A program made the translations under genes and the position numbers. Shown in pieces: positions 1-15,699 of a stretch of 64,000 nucleotides of DNA; the stretch's first letter is position 1, and each line of letters starts with the position of its first letter. Location of the stretch: assembly GCF_009914755.1 (NCBI RefSeq), contig NC_060928.1; one strand, 5' to 3'. The DNA comes from the human T2T-CHM13v2.0 reference genome, Homo sapiens. Below the pieces are notes generated by a model. It searched no databases. It worked only from the letters and a program-made list of their open reading frames with translations, and was not told the DNA's origin.

Positions 1-159
1 TAGCTGTTTCCAGCTACCAATGACTCTAGTCATCAGCCAGGCTACTCAGCCAACCTGAAAATATGCCAGATTGTCCATACATTTCCAATCCACCATGATT
101 TTAAAAATACTCATCCTATATTTCTATTAAAATCATAGAGTTTTAAAATCTTTTTATCA

Positions 160-930
160 AAGGATTACATACATTAAGAAAAGGAAGCAAATTGTCACAA
201 TATAGTTTGATAAATGATCATAAAGTGAAAACACCCAGGTGATCAACCCTCAGGTCAAGAAACAGAATATTATCAGGATCCCGGAAGCCCACTTTATGCC
301 CCCCACTCAAAAGATAACTGCTATGCTGACCATATCTTACTTTCATCTGGCTTTGAACTTCCTATAAGTACACTTATCCGCACTGTACATGTATTTTTGT
401 GTTTGTGTGTTTACTTTCTTTCTCAACATTATTTTTGTAAGATCCATCTGTGTTGTGTGTAACAACAATCTGTTTATTCTAATTCCCTTATCATATTCCA
501 TTGTCTGAATATGCCACAATTTACTTATCTATTCTGTTGATGGGTATTGGGTTGTTTTCATTATTAGGTTATTAGGAATAAACTGCTATGACATTCTTGT
601 ACCTTTATTTTGGTTCATATGTGTAAGTATTTCTGTTGAGTATATACCTAGGAGTGGGTCATAAGGTGTATGACAACAGTTTTTTTCAAAGTGATTGCGC
701 CATTTACACTCCCACCAGCAATGTCTGAGTGTTTCAGTTGCACCGTCTATTTGCCAAGACTTGGTATTACCTGTCTGTTTCATGTTAGCCATTCTCTTTG
801 GTGTGCAGTGGGTTGACATTGTGGTTTTACTTGCATTTGTGTATGACTTATGAAGTTGAGCATGTTTTCATATGTTTCTTGGCCATTTGTAAATCCTTTT
901 TTGTGAAGAGCCTATTTAAGGGTCTTGCCT
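160..930 (-). mobile_element. Old L1 (L1M/L1ME-like) ORF2 end and 3' UTR fragment
   Basis: Minus-strand ORF 586-819 contains HCWWECKW and PYDP-LLGIY, the L1 ORF2p C-terminal signature; L1M 3' UTR-like sequence lies to the left. Confidence 0.85.
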
Positions 931-1464
931 GGGGAAGTAGGAAGAGGATGAAGGCTAGAGATAGGCAAAGGTAAACCAGGGAGAACTTTGGGATTCACCA
1001 TTTTACTGAAAACTTTTGGTACCTGCAAGTAATGATTCTGGAGTCACTGTATGTTATTCTGGGATGTCCATAGCTGAAAAATCCCTTTGTATGACAAGAT
1101 GCCTGCAGGGAGGCTCTCTATTGCTCAGGTATGCTGGAACAAGTAAGGAATATGTTAGGGAGTGTGTCCCAGCCTGGCTCACAGAAAGGCTATTGCTTTT
1201 CCTAGGCCATTTGAGTTTCTAACTCCCACCAACAGTTTTAGTAGACCTTAACCTTGCAATCAAGTTGTAGATTATAGTACTATTGAACCTACATGAATCA
1301 GCCCCTCAGGGCCAAGGTCACATATTTGATTAGAGGCAAGTCTCATTTAAGTACATTTTCTCCCCGTGTGATGTTTATGAAAATGATGAAATTCATAGCA
1401 TTTTTCTACTTCTCTGTATTTCAAATCAACCATATAATTTCCCCCTTTTGAAGGCTGCTGCAAT

Positions 1465-1665
1465 GTAAATGGAAAAGCTCATGATTTGGGCTCAGACTAT
1501 ACCAGTTTAACTCCCAGTGCTAAATTTAACTAGTTTTGTGATTTTGAGCAAGTCACTTTACCTTTTTGAGACTTAATCTGCTTGCCTATAAAATGGGTAC
1601 ATCTACCTTACAAGGATAGGATTCAGATAATTGATGCAAAAGCAAACTGTAAACCTTAGGTTACT
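1465..1665 (+). mobile_element. MIR SINE
   Basis: MIR core-like sequence ttgagcaagtcacttta...ctataaaatggg. Confidence 0.7.
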
Positions 1666-2873
1666 GGACAAATCAATATTATTATTTATGTTAGTTTGGG
1701 ACCTATAGAAGGAGATCTTGGAAAATTGTAGGGCTGGGAGCCAGAGGCCATGGAAGATAGGGAAGGAGGTGAAAGTGGGAAAAATTACACCCTGGAAACC
1801 CAGTGACCAAGTCTCAACTCCTGGCTGGCTTGCATCAAAAGCTGGAGCCTGAGCGTCTGTTACAAGTGAAGGAGCCAATGCAGAAATTCCTCTGACCACT
1901 AGAGGGAGCCATACCTTAGGCTGGGCATCAGATGGGCCTCTATTATCTTTAGCAAAGATCCCCATGGTGCCTGCCACTTTGATTTCACATCTGTAGGTCT
2001 GAAAAAAGCACTAAGCTTGACACTACTTCTCTTGATTTTAAAAAATTATCTTCTTCCTCAACATAACCACCACTACCATCATCATCCTAGTCTTTGCCCA
2101 TCTGTCCATTAGTCTTGTTATCTCTTTGCCCTCTTTTAGGAGTGAAACAATTGCCTTTAAAATCACAATTTATAATGAGAAACGTAATTTTCTAACAATC
2201 CAGAGCCTGTGTCTACCCACCAGGATCTCTTTTCTCTTTAGTGCAATTACATGAAGTGCCAACTTTTAAATCACAAGTTGGCTGGCCGCCTACGTCCATC
2301 AGAGGACAGGCCTGCCTTGGAGGGGAGCCATGTGGCCAGGGCTGTGCAAAGCCCTTCCATTGTTGCGTTTGATTTCTTCAGAAGGGGAACACCAAGGCCA
2401 TGTGAGGGTCAAGCCTGAGAAAGAATGTTTATTTTTGGAGTTTCTGATAAGACCAAAAACAGACAGAAAAAAAGAAAAAGTTGAACATTCAGCACATTCA
2501 TTTTACTGATACTAATGCTGCTAACTTCTCTGGGAAAATTCAACTTAGACAACTCCGCGGTGATAAGAAAGCAGTGTCCCCACACATTTTCTCAATTCCT
2601 GGAGGAGGGCAAGGCGGAGGATGTTGCGTGTTTCTCCTAGAGGAAAAAGCTCAATCCTAGAGTCAGCTGGGTCAGCCTGAAACCTCCCCTCCCGTGGGGT
2701 TCACTCCCACCTCTGCCTGACACTCAGGTGGAGCTCTGCTAGGAAGCTGGTGGGGTCCTGGTGCCTGCTCCACTCCCTGGACTTCTGCCTGGGCTCCCAC
2801 AAGCTATGAGGGAGTACTTGGGGGTCAGGAGCCTCAAGAGCATCCTGGAAAGTTTAGAAAATTTCACTTTTCA

Positions 2874-3175
2874 GGCCGGGCACAGTGGCTCACGCCTGTA
2901 ATCCCAGCATATTGGGAGGATCACCTGGGGTCAGGAGTTCAAGATCAGCCCGGCCAACATGATGAAACCCCAATTCTATTAAAAATATAAAAATTAGTTG
3001 GGCGTGGTGGCAGGTGCCTGTAATCCCAGCTACTCAGAGGTTGGGGCAGGAGAATCACTTGAATCCAGGAGGCGGAGGTTGCAGTGAACCAAGATCATGC
3101 CACTGCACTCCAGCCTGGGTGACAGAGTCAGTGAGACTTTGCCTTAAAAAATAAAAATAAAAAAGAAAGAAAAAT
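2874..3175 (+). mobile_element. AluS with a small left-arm deletion
   Basis: ggccgggcacagtggctcacgcc start, A tail, perfect TSD aaaatttcacttttc (2858-2872 / 3176-3190). Confidence 0.97.
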
Positions 3176-3299
3176 AAAATTTCACTTTTCTTTCATATAT
3201 TCAGGCATTGCTTTAAAGATAATTAGCATTATCATTTCTGTCACTTTAAGGGTAATATTAAGAGAAATAAAACTCAGGGGGTTTGGCTGATTTCTGCTC

Positions 3300-4720
3300 A
3301 TTGTTTCTTTTATTCAGCCAATATTCCTGGGGCATGTACCATGAACCAGGCTCTGTGCCAGCTCCCGCAGATGCAAGATGAAGACCTTGCCCTTGCCCTT
3401 GAGTGGATGGAGAGGACACAGATGGACAAGCACCTAGATGAGATGAGAGGTGTAGGGGTTGGGCTTAGCTCTGCCTGTGGGAACCTGGGCAGGCTTCATC
3501 AGGAGGTGGCGCTCAAGTCCAACTGAAAATATGGGTAAGTCATTCCCTAGACTGACAAAGTAGGAAAGGGCATTTCAGACAAAAGCACAGTGTGTGCAAA
3601 AGCTTGGAGGTGTCAATGATTGGGTCACCTCCTCCGACTTGTAAGTCAGGTTGAGTGTGGTTGGGGTGTTCTCTGGAGAGGAACAAGAAGTCTGGCTAGA
3701 GAGGTGGGCAGAGATCATGGAGAGATGATGTGCCATATTAGGAAGTTAGGGTGTCATTTATTCATTCAACAAACACTGTGTGCCTCCGATATGCCATCAT
3801 CATTGTGGGCGCTGATCAACATCCAAGCCTTGCCCTTATGGTCTTACATTCTAATGGCGAGGGAAGGATAGACAATAATCAAGTACACAAATACATGAGC
3901 AAGGTAATTTCACATAACAGCACAGCTTACAAAGAAAGGTGAGGCAGGTTAAGGAGCTAGAGAGGAAGGAAGAGGGAAGAAGTTGCTATCTAGGTTAGGG
4001 CATTTGAGAAGAGATCTGAGTGAGGTGAGAGAAGAGGCTGGGTGAATATCTGGGATTGTGGGGGGTGGGGTGGTGGTGGGATGGGGGGGCCAGAGGACAG
4101 CAATAGCAAAGGCCCTAAGGTGCGCAGAGGTGCAGGGGCCAGATCAATAAACCTCAGAGGAAATGGTAAGGCCAGCAGGTTTTATCCTAAATGAGATGGG
4201 ACACCGCTGGAGGATTTTTGTGTTTGAGACAGGGTCTTGCTCTGCCTCCCAGGCTGGAGTGCAGTGGCACAATCGTGGCTCACTGCAGCCTCTACCTCCT
4301 GGACACAAGTGATTCTCCCATCTCAGCCTCCTGAGTAGCTGGTGTGTGCCACCACACCAGGCTAATTATATTTATTTTATTTTTTGTACAAATGGAGTCT
4401 TGCTTTGTTGCCCAGGCTGGTCTTGAACTCCTGGGCTCAAGCCAGCCTCCCACCTCAGCCTCCCAAAGAGCTGGGATTACAGGCATGAGCCACCATGTCT
4501 GGCCCACCACTGGAGCATTTTAAGGAGAGGAAGAACAGGATCCTAGTTCTGTGGTAAAAGAATCACTCACAGCTGTGTTAAGAATCGACTGTAGGGAAGA
4601 AAGCGCTGAACAAGGGAAGCTGGTGAGGAGCCTATTGCAATAACCCAGCAGGAGCTGCCTCCCGATGGGGAGGGGTGGTGGCCACGGAGTAATGAGGTAC
4701 GGAATCAGGTTCTGCATACC
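3300..4720 (-). mobile_element. L2 fragments (two 3' ends), interrupted by an Alu
   Basis: Reverse L2 tails ttattcagccaatatt and ttattcattcaacaaaca, followed by purine-rich L2 body. Confidence 0.65.
4215..4504 (-). mobile_element. AluJ
   Basis: Reverse Alu with J-type ctcctgggctcaag; degenerate TSD ctggag(g/c)atttt. Confidence 0.95.
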
Positions 4721-4733
4721 TCATTCTCCAGCT

Positions 4734-4900
4734 CAGTGGCTCTCAAAGTGGGGTCACTGGACAGCGGCATCAGCCTTACCTGAGAAGGGGTTAGGAATGC
4801 AAAATCTCAGGCTCACCCACACCTGTTGAATCAGAGACCAGAGGTGTAGGGCCCTGCTCAGCAAGCCATGTGTGGTAAGCACGCTCTCCAGGTGATTCTA
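4734..4900. mobile_element. MER5A-like hAT-Charlie fossil
   Basis: cagtggctctcaaagtg...aatgcaaaatctcaggc...gaatcagag...caggtgattct. Confidence 0.75.
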
Positions 4901-5150
4901 CCCTTCAGGTGATGTGGGTGTACGTTCAAGTGAGAGGGCTACGTCCACTGAGGATGATGAGTAGGCGGGAGGGATTGTGAGCCAGAAACTGGACTGGATC
5001 TGATTTACCCATTAGGAGGGTGAGCCTGTGGTCACTGTGGAGGGGGCGGGGGAGGTGTTCATCAGCAGGAGGTGATGAGGGCACCAAGATGGCCAGTGTA
5101 ACTGGGAGCACACAGGAGGAAGTGGAATAAAGCATAAAACAGCAAATATT

Positions 5151-5455
5151 GGCTGGGTGTGGTGGCTCACGCCTGTAATCCCAGCACTTTGGGAGGCCAA
5201 GGCGGGTGGATCACTTGAGGTCAGGAGTTCGAGACCAGCCTGACCAACATGGTGAAACCCAATCTCTACTAAAAATACAAAAACTAGCCGGGCGTGGTGG
5301 TGCATGCCTGTAATTCCAGCTACTCAGGAGGCTGAGGCATGAGACTTGCTTGTACCCGGGAAACGGAGGTTGCAGTGAGCCGAGATTGTGCCACTGCACT
5401 CCAGCCTGGGCGACAGAGTGAGAATCCGTCTCAAACAAAAACAAAAACAACAAAA
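5151..5455 (+). mobile_element. AluSx-like
   Basis: Full dimer with A-rich tail; degenerate TSD aaaa(c/t)agc(a/t)aata. Confidence 0.97.
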
Positions 5456-5610
5456 TAGCTAATACTTGTTGAGGGTCAGTTATACGCTGGCACTGTGCCA
5501 TTTCACTTGGATTATCCCGGATAATCCTGCAGTTTCTCTCAAAAGTGGGTGCTATTGTTACCCCCACATAACAGATGAGAGGACTAGGCTTTCTGAAGTT
5601 AAATAAGGAA
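5456..5610 (-). mobile_element. MIR
   Basis: cccccacataacagatgagaggactaggct, reverse MIR core. Confidence 0.65.
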
Positions 5611-6207
5611 CATGACGTGTACAACATTGTGAATGTAATTAATGCCACTGAATAGCATACTTAAAAATGCCTAAAACGGCAAGTTTATATAATAGATGTG
5701 ACCCAAATTTTAAAAAAATGTTAAAGAGAAAAAACACAACACCACCAAGAAACCCCACACAGTTCCATCAGTGAGACAGAATTGAAACACAGGCAGAGCA
5801 GGCCCAGGCCCTGAACATCGCAGTGTGTAACAGGTGGAAATGACCATCGGCACGAGGTTCCAGGGGGTCATCTGAAGAGGGTTAATGCTGATGTGTTAAT
5901 TTTCTGGCATTTGGTTAAGATAGACCGCAGTTCAGATGCCCGGGTTTTAAGCTTAAGGCTCACTTTCTCCTTTCTCTTGCTTATCCACTGTATCCAGTCT
6001 GGATTATACTTTTGAAATATTTCCTAGATTTCATGTCCCACTCCCCATCCACAGTGCCACCATCGGGCCAGAATTGCCCTCAGTTTCTGGCTCTTCCAAG
6101 AGGCACAGGAGAAAGGGTTAAGGCAGAGTGAAGAAGGGGAGCCCAGGCAGGAGTCTCCGAACTGGTTTGCGTTTCTCAGAAGCGTTGGAGAAATGCAGCA
6201 CTTCTGA

Positions 6208-6577
<370 letters not shown>

Positions 6578-7559
6578 TGATTTTTTTTTTTTTTTTTAGT
6601 TTAAATTAAGATGCTTTTCTATCTTTCCCACCTATAACTTCTCTGCCTCTGGCCATGTTTTCAAACCCAACCCAGGTCTAGCAAGAGTACAAGACAAAGA
6701 GCTGAAATGAAATGTGGTAGCTTCATTTGAGAGCTGGGCTTCCACCTTTCTAACTAGTTGCCCTTCTAACTTGGCTGTTGGACTTGGACTTCCATGTCAT
6801 CTTTTGATTGCGTGTTGCCAACAGCTCTGGAGCTGCTGTTGTCTCCTTTGCCAAGGAGGAAGTTTGCATCTCAGCGTTCCATCCCCTTGGTGGCTTTTCC
6901 CATAGTCTGGGCCGTGCCAAGATATAAATGTGCGTGATCTGGTTTCCAGTTGGCTCTGCCATCTTCTGTCTTCACAGAGCCGTCATTTTCAGAATTTAAA
7001 ATGGTGTCCCCAGTGCTTTTAGTGGAAATCCAGGAGGCTCTGGAAACCAAAAGTTGTTATTTTGTTTTAGTAACTAATTTGGCATGTGCCGTGCATTTGG
7101 TGGCAAAAGCCCACCTGTCCTGAGCTATTATTTATTTAGCATACTGAGTGTAAAGATCGTTATGTTTGCCGCATAAATATGAATATGTTTAATTGTGGTG
7201 TGCTCTGTATTCCAGATCTCCCAGGAGTGTCGAAGATGACTCTGTGCCTGCACTCTATGAACCTTCTGAAATGTGAGTATCCTGGATTCCAGCCCACGGC
7301 CAGCGCTGGGTTGTGCGTAAGGGACATGGACCTGTATGTGTCCTGGAGTGAGAGATGGCAGGGAGTAACTCAAAGCATAGCTCTCAGAGTCAGATGACCC
7401 GGCTCAGCTAGCACAAACTGGCAGTGTGGTCTTGGTGAACCCGATAACCACCTAGACCATCTGTTTCTTCTTCTGTAAATGGCAGCCATGGCCTCGCTCT
7501 CACAGCACGGTGTGTGACATAGTCTGCCCCTGGCTGAATTGCCACCTGCACCTCCCATA

Positions 7560-7890
7560 GCCTCCTCTTAGGTCCCTCTTCTTAAGACATGCCTAACCTC
7601 CCTGTGCTGAGATGTCCCCTGTGCTCAAAACTGCCTCATTAGAGAGGCCTCCTCATCCTACAGACGAGGTATTAGCCTCCTTGCCCAGGCCCTCTTTCTC
7701 TCATTCTCCCACTTTGCTTTTCTGCCTAGCACGCGTCTCTCCCTGCAATTATATGATGTGATTATTTGTTTGCTTATTAAATCATCTCTCTCCTCACTAG
7801 AGGGTAAGCACTGTCAGGGCAAAGAGTTCTTTGCCTGACTTGCTGCCATCGGGCCAGCACTTAGAGTAGCCCCTGTTGGTGTTCAGTGTG
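7560..7890 (+). mobile_element. L2 3' fragment
   Basis: ctcactagagggtaagcactgtcagggcaaagag...cagcacttagagtag. Confidence 0.6.
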
Positions 7891-8899
7891 GAAATCTAGG
7901 AGGGGGAACACCCTTGCAAAGGTGCCCTCTGGAATGGTGAGTGGAGTCCAGTGTTGAGAGGTGGCAAGACCAAGACAGACTCAGCCACCTGCCTGCCGTC
8001 CTACCTTTCCATTGATTCTTCCCAGAATTCCACATGGAGATAATGAGTTCTCATTTCATGTTTAGAAAGAGTTGGAGGAGGCAGAGGAGAACTGCATGCG
8101 TGTGGGCATGGGCGGGGGGGACCTCTGATATAGAAAAATGAAAGATGATTTTGTTTTTTCTGATCAGGACCAAAGACCAAGCTATTAGATATTTCCTTAA
8201 GTGCTTTTTTAGTGTGGATTTGGAGAAATAACTTGGAGGGATGATTGCTCTCTGCCCCCACTTGTACAGTTCTTAAAATGCTGGAGTTGGTTTTTGCTAT
8301 TGAAAAAGGCAGGCAGCAGCCCCCAGAAACCTCCTGAGGGTGCAGATGAGGCAGGGGCCCCAGCAGACCCCCAGCTGATGGACACAGTGTCTCCCCTTTT
8401 GGGCGTGGCCTGCTAACAATGACCTTTCTGGAAAGCCTTTGATTCTGGCAAGTGTCCTCAGGCTTCCTGGTACCTGTGACTGAGAAGAGTCACCTGGTGA
8501 GAAAAACAATGTTTTCTCTGGTCCAGTGACAGCACTCAAAACCTCTCCAGGGGTGAGGGAGAAGTATGCAAAATGTTCCTGGGGTGGGCTGGGTGTCAGA
8601 TGACTCCTAAAACAAACGGAAACAGACACTCAATGGAACCACAGTGGACTCTCCAACATTCCAGAAAAGTGGGGCGAGGACCGAGGGGACTCTCCAAGAT
8701 TTCAGGGAAGTGGGGTGAGAGCCCCAAGAGTGTTTCCTACAGATGGGCAGGGCAGGATTTGAGAGTAGGTGGAAAGTGTTTACAGCCAAGCAAGCCAAGT
8801 TCGTTAATTAAAGGGTGGTTTAAAATATTGCGCCCAAGGGTCCCGGCATGAAATTCATCAAATATTAGAGACCTTGAAAATTGGTGCATGACTTTAGCA

Positions 8900-10025
<1,126 letters not shown>

Positions 10026-10079
10026 AACTTACTGTTCAGTATTTGAGGACTCGAGAGCTAGGAAATCCTTAAGAGGGAA

Positions 10080-10270
10080 GGTTACTGACAGTTTTTGAGG
10101 ACCTACTCTGGGCAAGGCACTGCAACACCGTCTGCTTGAATTCTCCTGAGAAACTCTGCGAACTTGGTATTAACATCCTCTTTTCACTAAGGAGGAAACT
10201 GAGGCTTGTTCAGGGTCCCACTGCTGGTGGAAGAGCAGGGATTGGAGTTCAGCTCTGTCTGTCCCCAAAC
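10080..10270 (-). mobile_element. MIR
   Basis: gaggaaactgaggct core. Confidence 0.7.
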
Positions 10271-11112
10271 CCTGCCCTCCCCTTACCAACTCCTCCATAG
10301 TCCAAATGTCTCACTTCTACAGAGAAGAAAATCATGCTCTAGAGAGGCAAGGCAGTGGGACTGTCCCACAATGAGGAGGTGGCAGAGAGGACTGGAAGCC
10401 TGCTCCATAGGGGTGACCAAACTTTAAGAGCTCTCCCTTGAAGCTCTCCTGGCTCTACTGGCCCCGTGGCATCCACATGCCCTGAGCAGGACCACAACAT
10501 GGCAACTTCATTATTGCTGCCGAGGTCCTGAACCTGCCCAATCTCCTGGCCTTCTGGGAGAGGGGAATGTTAGCTACAAGCTGTCACTCATGTGCCAGGA
10601 AGTGTGCTATGTGGTGTACTTACGTGACCACATTGAATCCTAGATACCCTCATTGTTTCCATTTTGCAGATGATGAAATGAAACTCAGAGAGCTTCGTTT
10701 TCCCTGTGCTGTTCCCACTCACACACCCTGGCCTCAAGCCTCACTTTCTCACTCTCTTTTCCAACCAGGGGAATGCCAGAAATGCGCCTGGAGGGAAACA
10801 GCTGGGGAGAAGAGCCTCATTTTACTGCTTCTGCTCAAGGCTCTTCCAAGCTGAGTGTTAAATGCCATTCCTTTTTTCTTTTCCTAAAATGAAATGTACT
10901 TAAAAAAAAAAAAAAAAACCAACCTTTTAACTTTAGAATAGTTTGAGATTTACAGAAAAGTTGTGAAGCTGGTGTCGTTTCCATGTACTCCACACCCAGA
11001 TTCTTGTAGTTAACATATGACATTAGCAAGGTATGTTTGTCACAATTCATGAACCAGTATTATTAATTATAATGTTATTAACTAAATCCCATACTTTACT
11101 CAGATTTCCTTA

Positions 11113-11418
<306 letters not shown>

Positions 11419-11733
11419 AGATTTCCTTAATTTTTACCTAAATGTCTCTTTCCTGCCCCAGGAGCCCATCTGGAATACCACATAGTCATCACGGCTCTGT
11501 AGGTTCCTCTTGGCTGTGAAAATGTATCAGACTTTCCTTGGTTTTTGGACAGTTGTGGGGAGTACTAGCCAGGTATTTTGTAGAATGACCTCAGTTACGA
11601 TTTGTCTGAGATTTTTCTTATGATTCGACTGGGGTTATGGGTTTTTAGGAGGGAGATCCCAGAGGGAAAGTCCCCCTCTCACCACACCACAGTATATGAA
11701 GCGTACACACCCCCAACATGGTTTATCCCTGCT

Positions 11734-11805
11734 GCTGTTAACTCTGATCACCTGGCTGATGTTAACGCTGATCACCTGCCTGCTGTTAACCCTGATCACC
11801 TGGCT
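11734..11805. repeat. Tandem repeat, 3 x 24 bp, inside the L1 fragment
   Basis: gctgttaactctgatcacctggct / gatgttaacgctgatcacctgcct / gctgttaaccctgatcacctggct. Confidence 0.92.
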
Positions 11806-11915
11806 GATGTAATGTTTGTCAGGTTTCTCTACTATAAAGTTACTCTTTTCTCCCCATTTTCATACTGTGCTCTTTGGAAGGAAGTCACTATACACAGCCC
11901 ACACGGAGTTGGGGA

Positions 11916-12210
11916 GGCTGGGGACAGTGGCTCATGCCTGTAATTCCAGCACTTTGGGAGGCCTAGGCAGGTGGATCGCTCGAGTCCAGGAGTCTGAGAG
12001 CAGCCTGGGTGAGAAACAGAAACCCCATCTCTACTAAAAATACAAAAATCAGCTGGGCATGGTGGCACATGCCTATAGTCCCAGCTACTTGGGAGGCTGA
12101 GGCAGGAGGAACGTTTGATCCCAGGAGGCAGAGGTTGTGGTAAGCCATGATTGCACCACTACACTCTAGCCTGGGCGACAGAGTGAGACCTTGTTTTAAA
12201 AAAAAAAAAA
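11916..12210 (+). mobile_element. Alu (J-like)
   Basis: Full dimer with A tail. Confidence 0.95.
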
Positions 12211-12911
12211 GTGAGAGGTGTCTGGCTGCAGTCTGTATTCCTGAGCACGTGCTGTGTGGCCTCCTGGCCTCTGGTTTCTCCAGACCCATGCTGTGCTCTG
12301 GCACTGATAATAACACCTCTGCCACCCTTAGCCCTGGAATTAAAGCTGCCAAAGCCCTTTACAATTTCATATCCTTCCTGTCATTTGCTGCTCTGCCAAG
12401 TAGGAAGCACATGCACTATTATCTGCCCCTTTTTAGAGTTGGAAAAACAAAGGTTCAGAGAAGGACAGTGACTTACCAAGTGCTGCACAGCTGGTCTGCC
12501 GTAGGGCTGGGGTTGAAGGCAGGTCTCCCTGGCTCCACTAGGCCACTCTCCCTGGGGCTGCCCTCGTCCTGACTCCCAGCAGCTGTTCCTCCCCAGGACA
12601 GGCTCTTTGCTCCCTCTCACCTGCATATGTCCTCTCTCTCAACCACTTTTCTCTTCCTAATTGTCACGTGGCTCCTGCCCCGAGGCCCCCTTTCCACCCT
12701 CTGACATAGTTTCCATTTCATCCACTGCGCCAGCCCTTCGGCTCCCTCCTGGCCCCAAAATGTCCGTTCTTGGGCTGTTTCCTCCTTCACAGCCTCCTCC
12801 ACAGGCTGTGTTGAAGTCTCCATCCTCCCCACCTGGGGACAGAGGGGTTCTCAGGGCCACAGATGTTTTGGGAAGAGAGATGGGCACCTTCAGAAAATAT
12901 ATTTTAGCCTA

Positions 12912-13072
12912 TCCTTTCTCAAACTTCTCTGTACAGAAGAGGCCCAGGAGGTATCTGTAAAAAATACCAATTTCTGGGCTCCCGCTGTTGAGTCCATTGT
13001 CCCGAGGCCCAGGAATGTGCATTTTAAACACAATTGTCTGAAGTGATTCTGATTCAGGTGATACTGCAGTTT
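12912..13072. mobile_element. MER5-like hAT fossil
   Basis: tttctcaaactt...atttctgggctcc...aggaatgtgcattttaaa...gtgattctgat. Confidence 0.6.
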
Positions 13073-13073
13073 G

Positions 13074-13180
13074 AATTGCTTGAGCCCAGGAGGTTGAGGC
13101 TGCAGTGAGGTGTGATTGCACCACTGCATGCCAACCGGGCACTAGAGTGAGACCCTGTTTCAGAAATAAATAAATAAATA
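13074..13180 (+). mobile_element. AluJ right-arm fragment
   Basis: gaattgcttgagcccaggaggttgaggctgcagtgag with (aaat)n tail. Confidence 0.9.
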
Positions 13181-13222
13181 ACTCACCAAAACCTTTCAAC
13201 ACATACCTACTAGGATGGCTAC

Positions 13223-13790
13223 GAAGGAAGGAAGGAAGGAAGGAAGGAAGGAAGGAAGGAAGGGAGGGAGGGAGGGAGGGAGGGAGGGAGGGAGGGAAAG
13301 GGGAAGGGGAAGGGGAAGAGGAAGGGAGGGAGGGAGGGAGGGAGGGAGAAAAAGAGGGGCAGAGAGAGACAAAAAAAGAAAAAGAGAGGAAGACAGAAAG
13401 GAAGAAAGAAAGAGAGGAAGAGAAGGAAAGAGAGAAATAAAGAAAAAGAGGCCAGGCTTGGTGGCTCATGCCTGTAATCCCAGCACTTTGAGAGGCTGAG
13501 ATGGGAGGATTGCTTTAACTGGGGAGTTCTAGACCAGCTTTGGCAACATAGCGAGACCCCGTCTCTAAAATAAATAAATAAATAAAATGAAAGAAGGAAG
13601 GAAAAGGGAAGAGAGAGGAAAAGAAAGAAGCAAGGAAAAGAGGAAGAAAGGAAGACAGAGAAAAGGACAGAAAGAAAGAGAAAAAAGGAAGAGAAGAAAG
13701 AGAAAAAAAGAACAAAGGAAGGAAGAAAGAGAGAGAGAAAGAGAAAGAAGGGAATAAAGGAAGAAAGGAGGACAGAAGAAGAGAAAGAAA
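13223..13790 (+). repeat. Purine-rich low-complexity tract (GGAA/GGGA/GA) with an embedded Alu monomer at 13450-13587
   Basis: Direct reading; FLAM/AluJ left-arm sequence at 13450. Confidence 0.93.
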
Positions 13791-14465
13791 ATAACAATTG
13801 TCAAGGATGTGGAGAAATAGGAACCCTTGTGCCTTGTTGGTGAAATGTAAGTTGGTGCCTCTAATGTGGAGAATAGTAATTGGTTCCTCAAAAAATTAAA
13901 CATGGAACTACCATATGACCAAGGAAGTCCGTTTCTGGGTATATACCCAAAAGAATGAAAGATAGAGATATCTGTACACCATGTTCATAGCAACATTATT
14001 CACAATAACCCAAAGGTGGGAAACAACCCAAATGTCCACGACAGATCAGTGGATAAACAATATACCGTATCTACCTGCAGTGGACTATTATTCAGCTTTA
14101 GAAGGAAGGAAATTCTGAAACGTGCCACAACATGAGCGAGCCTTGAAGACATTATGCTAAGTGAAATAAGCCAGTCACAAAAGGACAAATATTATATGAT
14201 CCTGCTTATGCGAGGTACTTAGAGTAGTGAAACTCACAGAGACAGAAAGTAGAATGGCCGTTGCCAGGGTCTCGGGGATGGGGTGGGATTGAGGAGTTAG
14301 TGTTTAATGGAGTTTCAGTTTTTCAAGATGAAAAGAATTCTGGAGATGGATATGGTTGCACAATTTAGTGTACTTAATGCCATTGAACTGTACACTTAAA
14401 AATGGTCATGAGGGTAAATTTTGTGTATTTTACCACAATTTCAAAAATTTTACCACAATTTCAAA
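13790..14465 (+). mobile_element. L1MB-like 3' end
   Basis: gaactaccatatgacc...gtgaaataagccagtcacaaaaggacaaata...gaactgtacacttaaaaatgg. Confidence 0.9.
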
Positions 14466-14568
14466 CCTCTCAACAATTCTATGAAGTAGGTACTATTACT
14501 ATTCCCATTTAACAGATGAGGAAACTGAGGCATAAAGAGGTTAGGAGATGTCCTTAAAAATCACACAG

Positions 14569-15300
<732 letters not shown>

Positions 15301-15699
15301 AAACATGGATTGGGTGGCTTCTATGTGCCAGACACTGGAAATGCTAATATGTAAATGAAGCCCAGTTTTTGACTCCAGGGCTCCTGGTCTGGTGGAGCGA
15401 TGGAGCAGCAAGGAGCCATGTAATGATCCTGTTTCCACGGGGCACTGGGACAGTAGAAAGCACAGAGGAGGAACACCCAGCCCAGCTTTGCTGGGGCCAG
15501 GAAGGATGCCTGGAGGCGAGACAGCCCCTTGAGCTTAGTTCTCAGGAATGAGTTGGGGATGTCCAGGTGAAGAAGAGAAGGAAGGGCTTTCTATGTAGAG
15601 GGAATAGCATATGCAAAGGCTTAGAGGTCTGAAAGGGCACTGGCCTTCAGGAGAACCCAGTCACTAAGTGCAAGGGATGCCAAAGTGTATTGAGAGGAA

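Noticed and set aside
7216-7272. Possible 57-bp exon (ttccag| ... |gtgagt)
   Set aside because: Splice-like motifs only; no recognisable peptide or partner exons, so it cannot be supported without RNA data.
11734-11805. Palindrome-containing 24-bp repeats as a CRISPR-like array
   Set aside because: Units are directly adjacent with no spacers, in primate DNA, inside an L1.
12909-13903. Long ORFs up to 192 aa rich in F/L/S/P or G/R/E/K
   Set aside because: Stop-free only because they cross low-complexity purine/pyrimidine tracts; the same applies at 56517-58099.
14427-14465. 20-bp tandem duplication attttaccacaatttcaaa at an L1 3' end
   Set aside because: Ordinary slippage duplication with no further structure.
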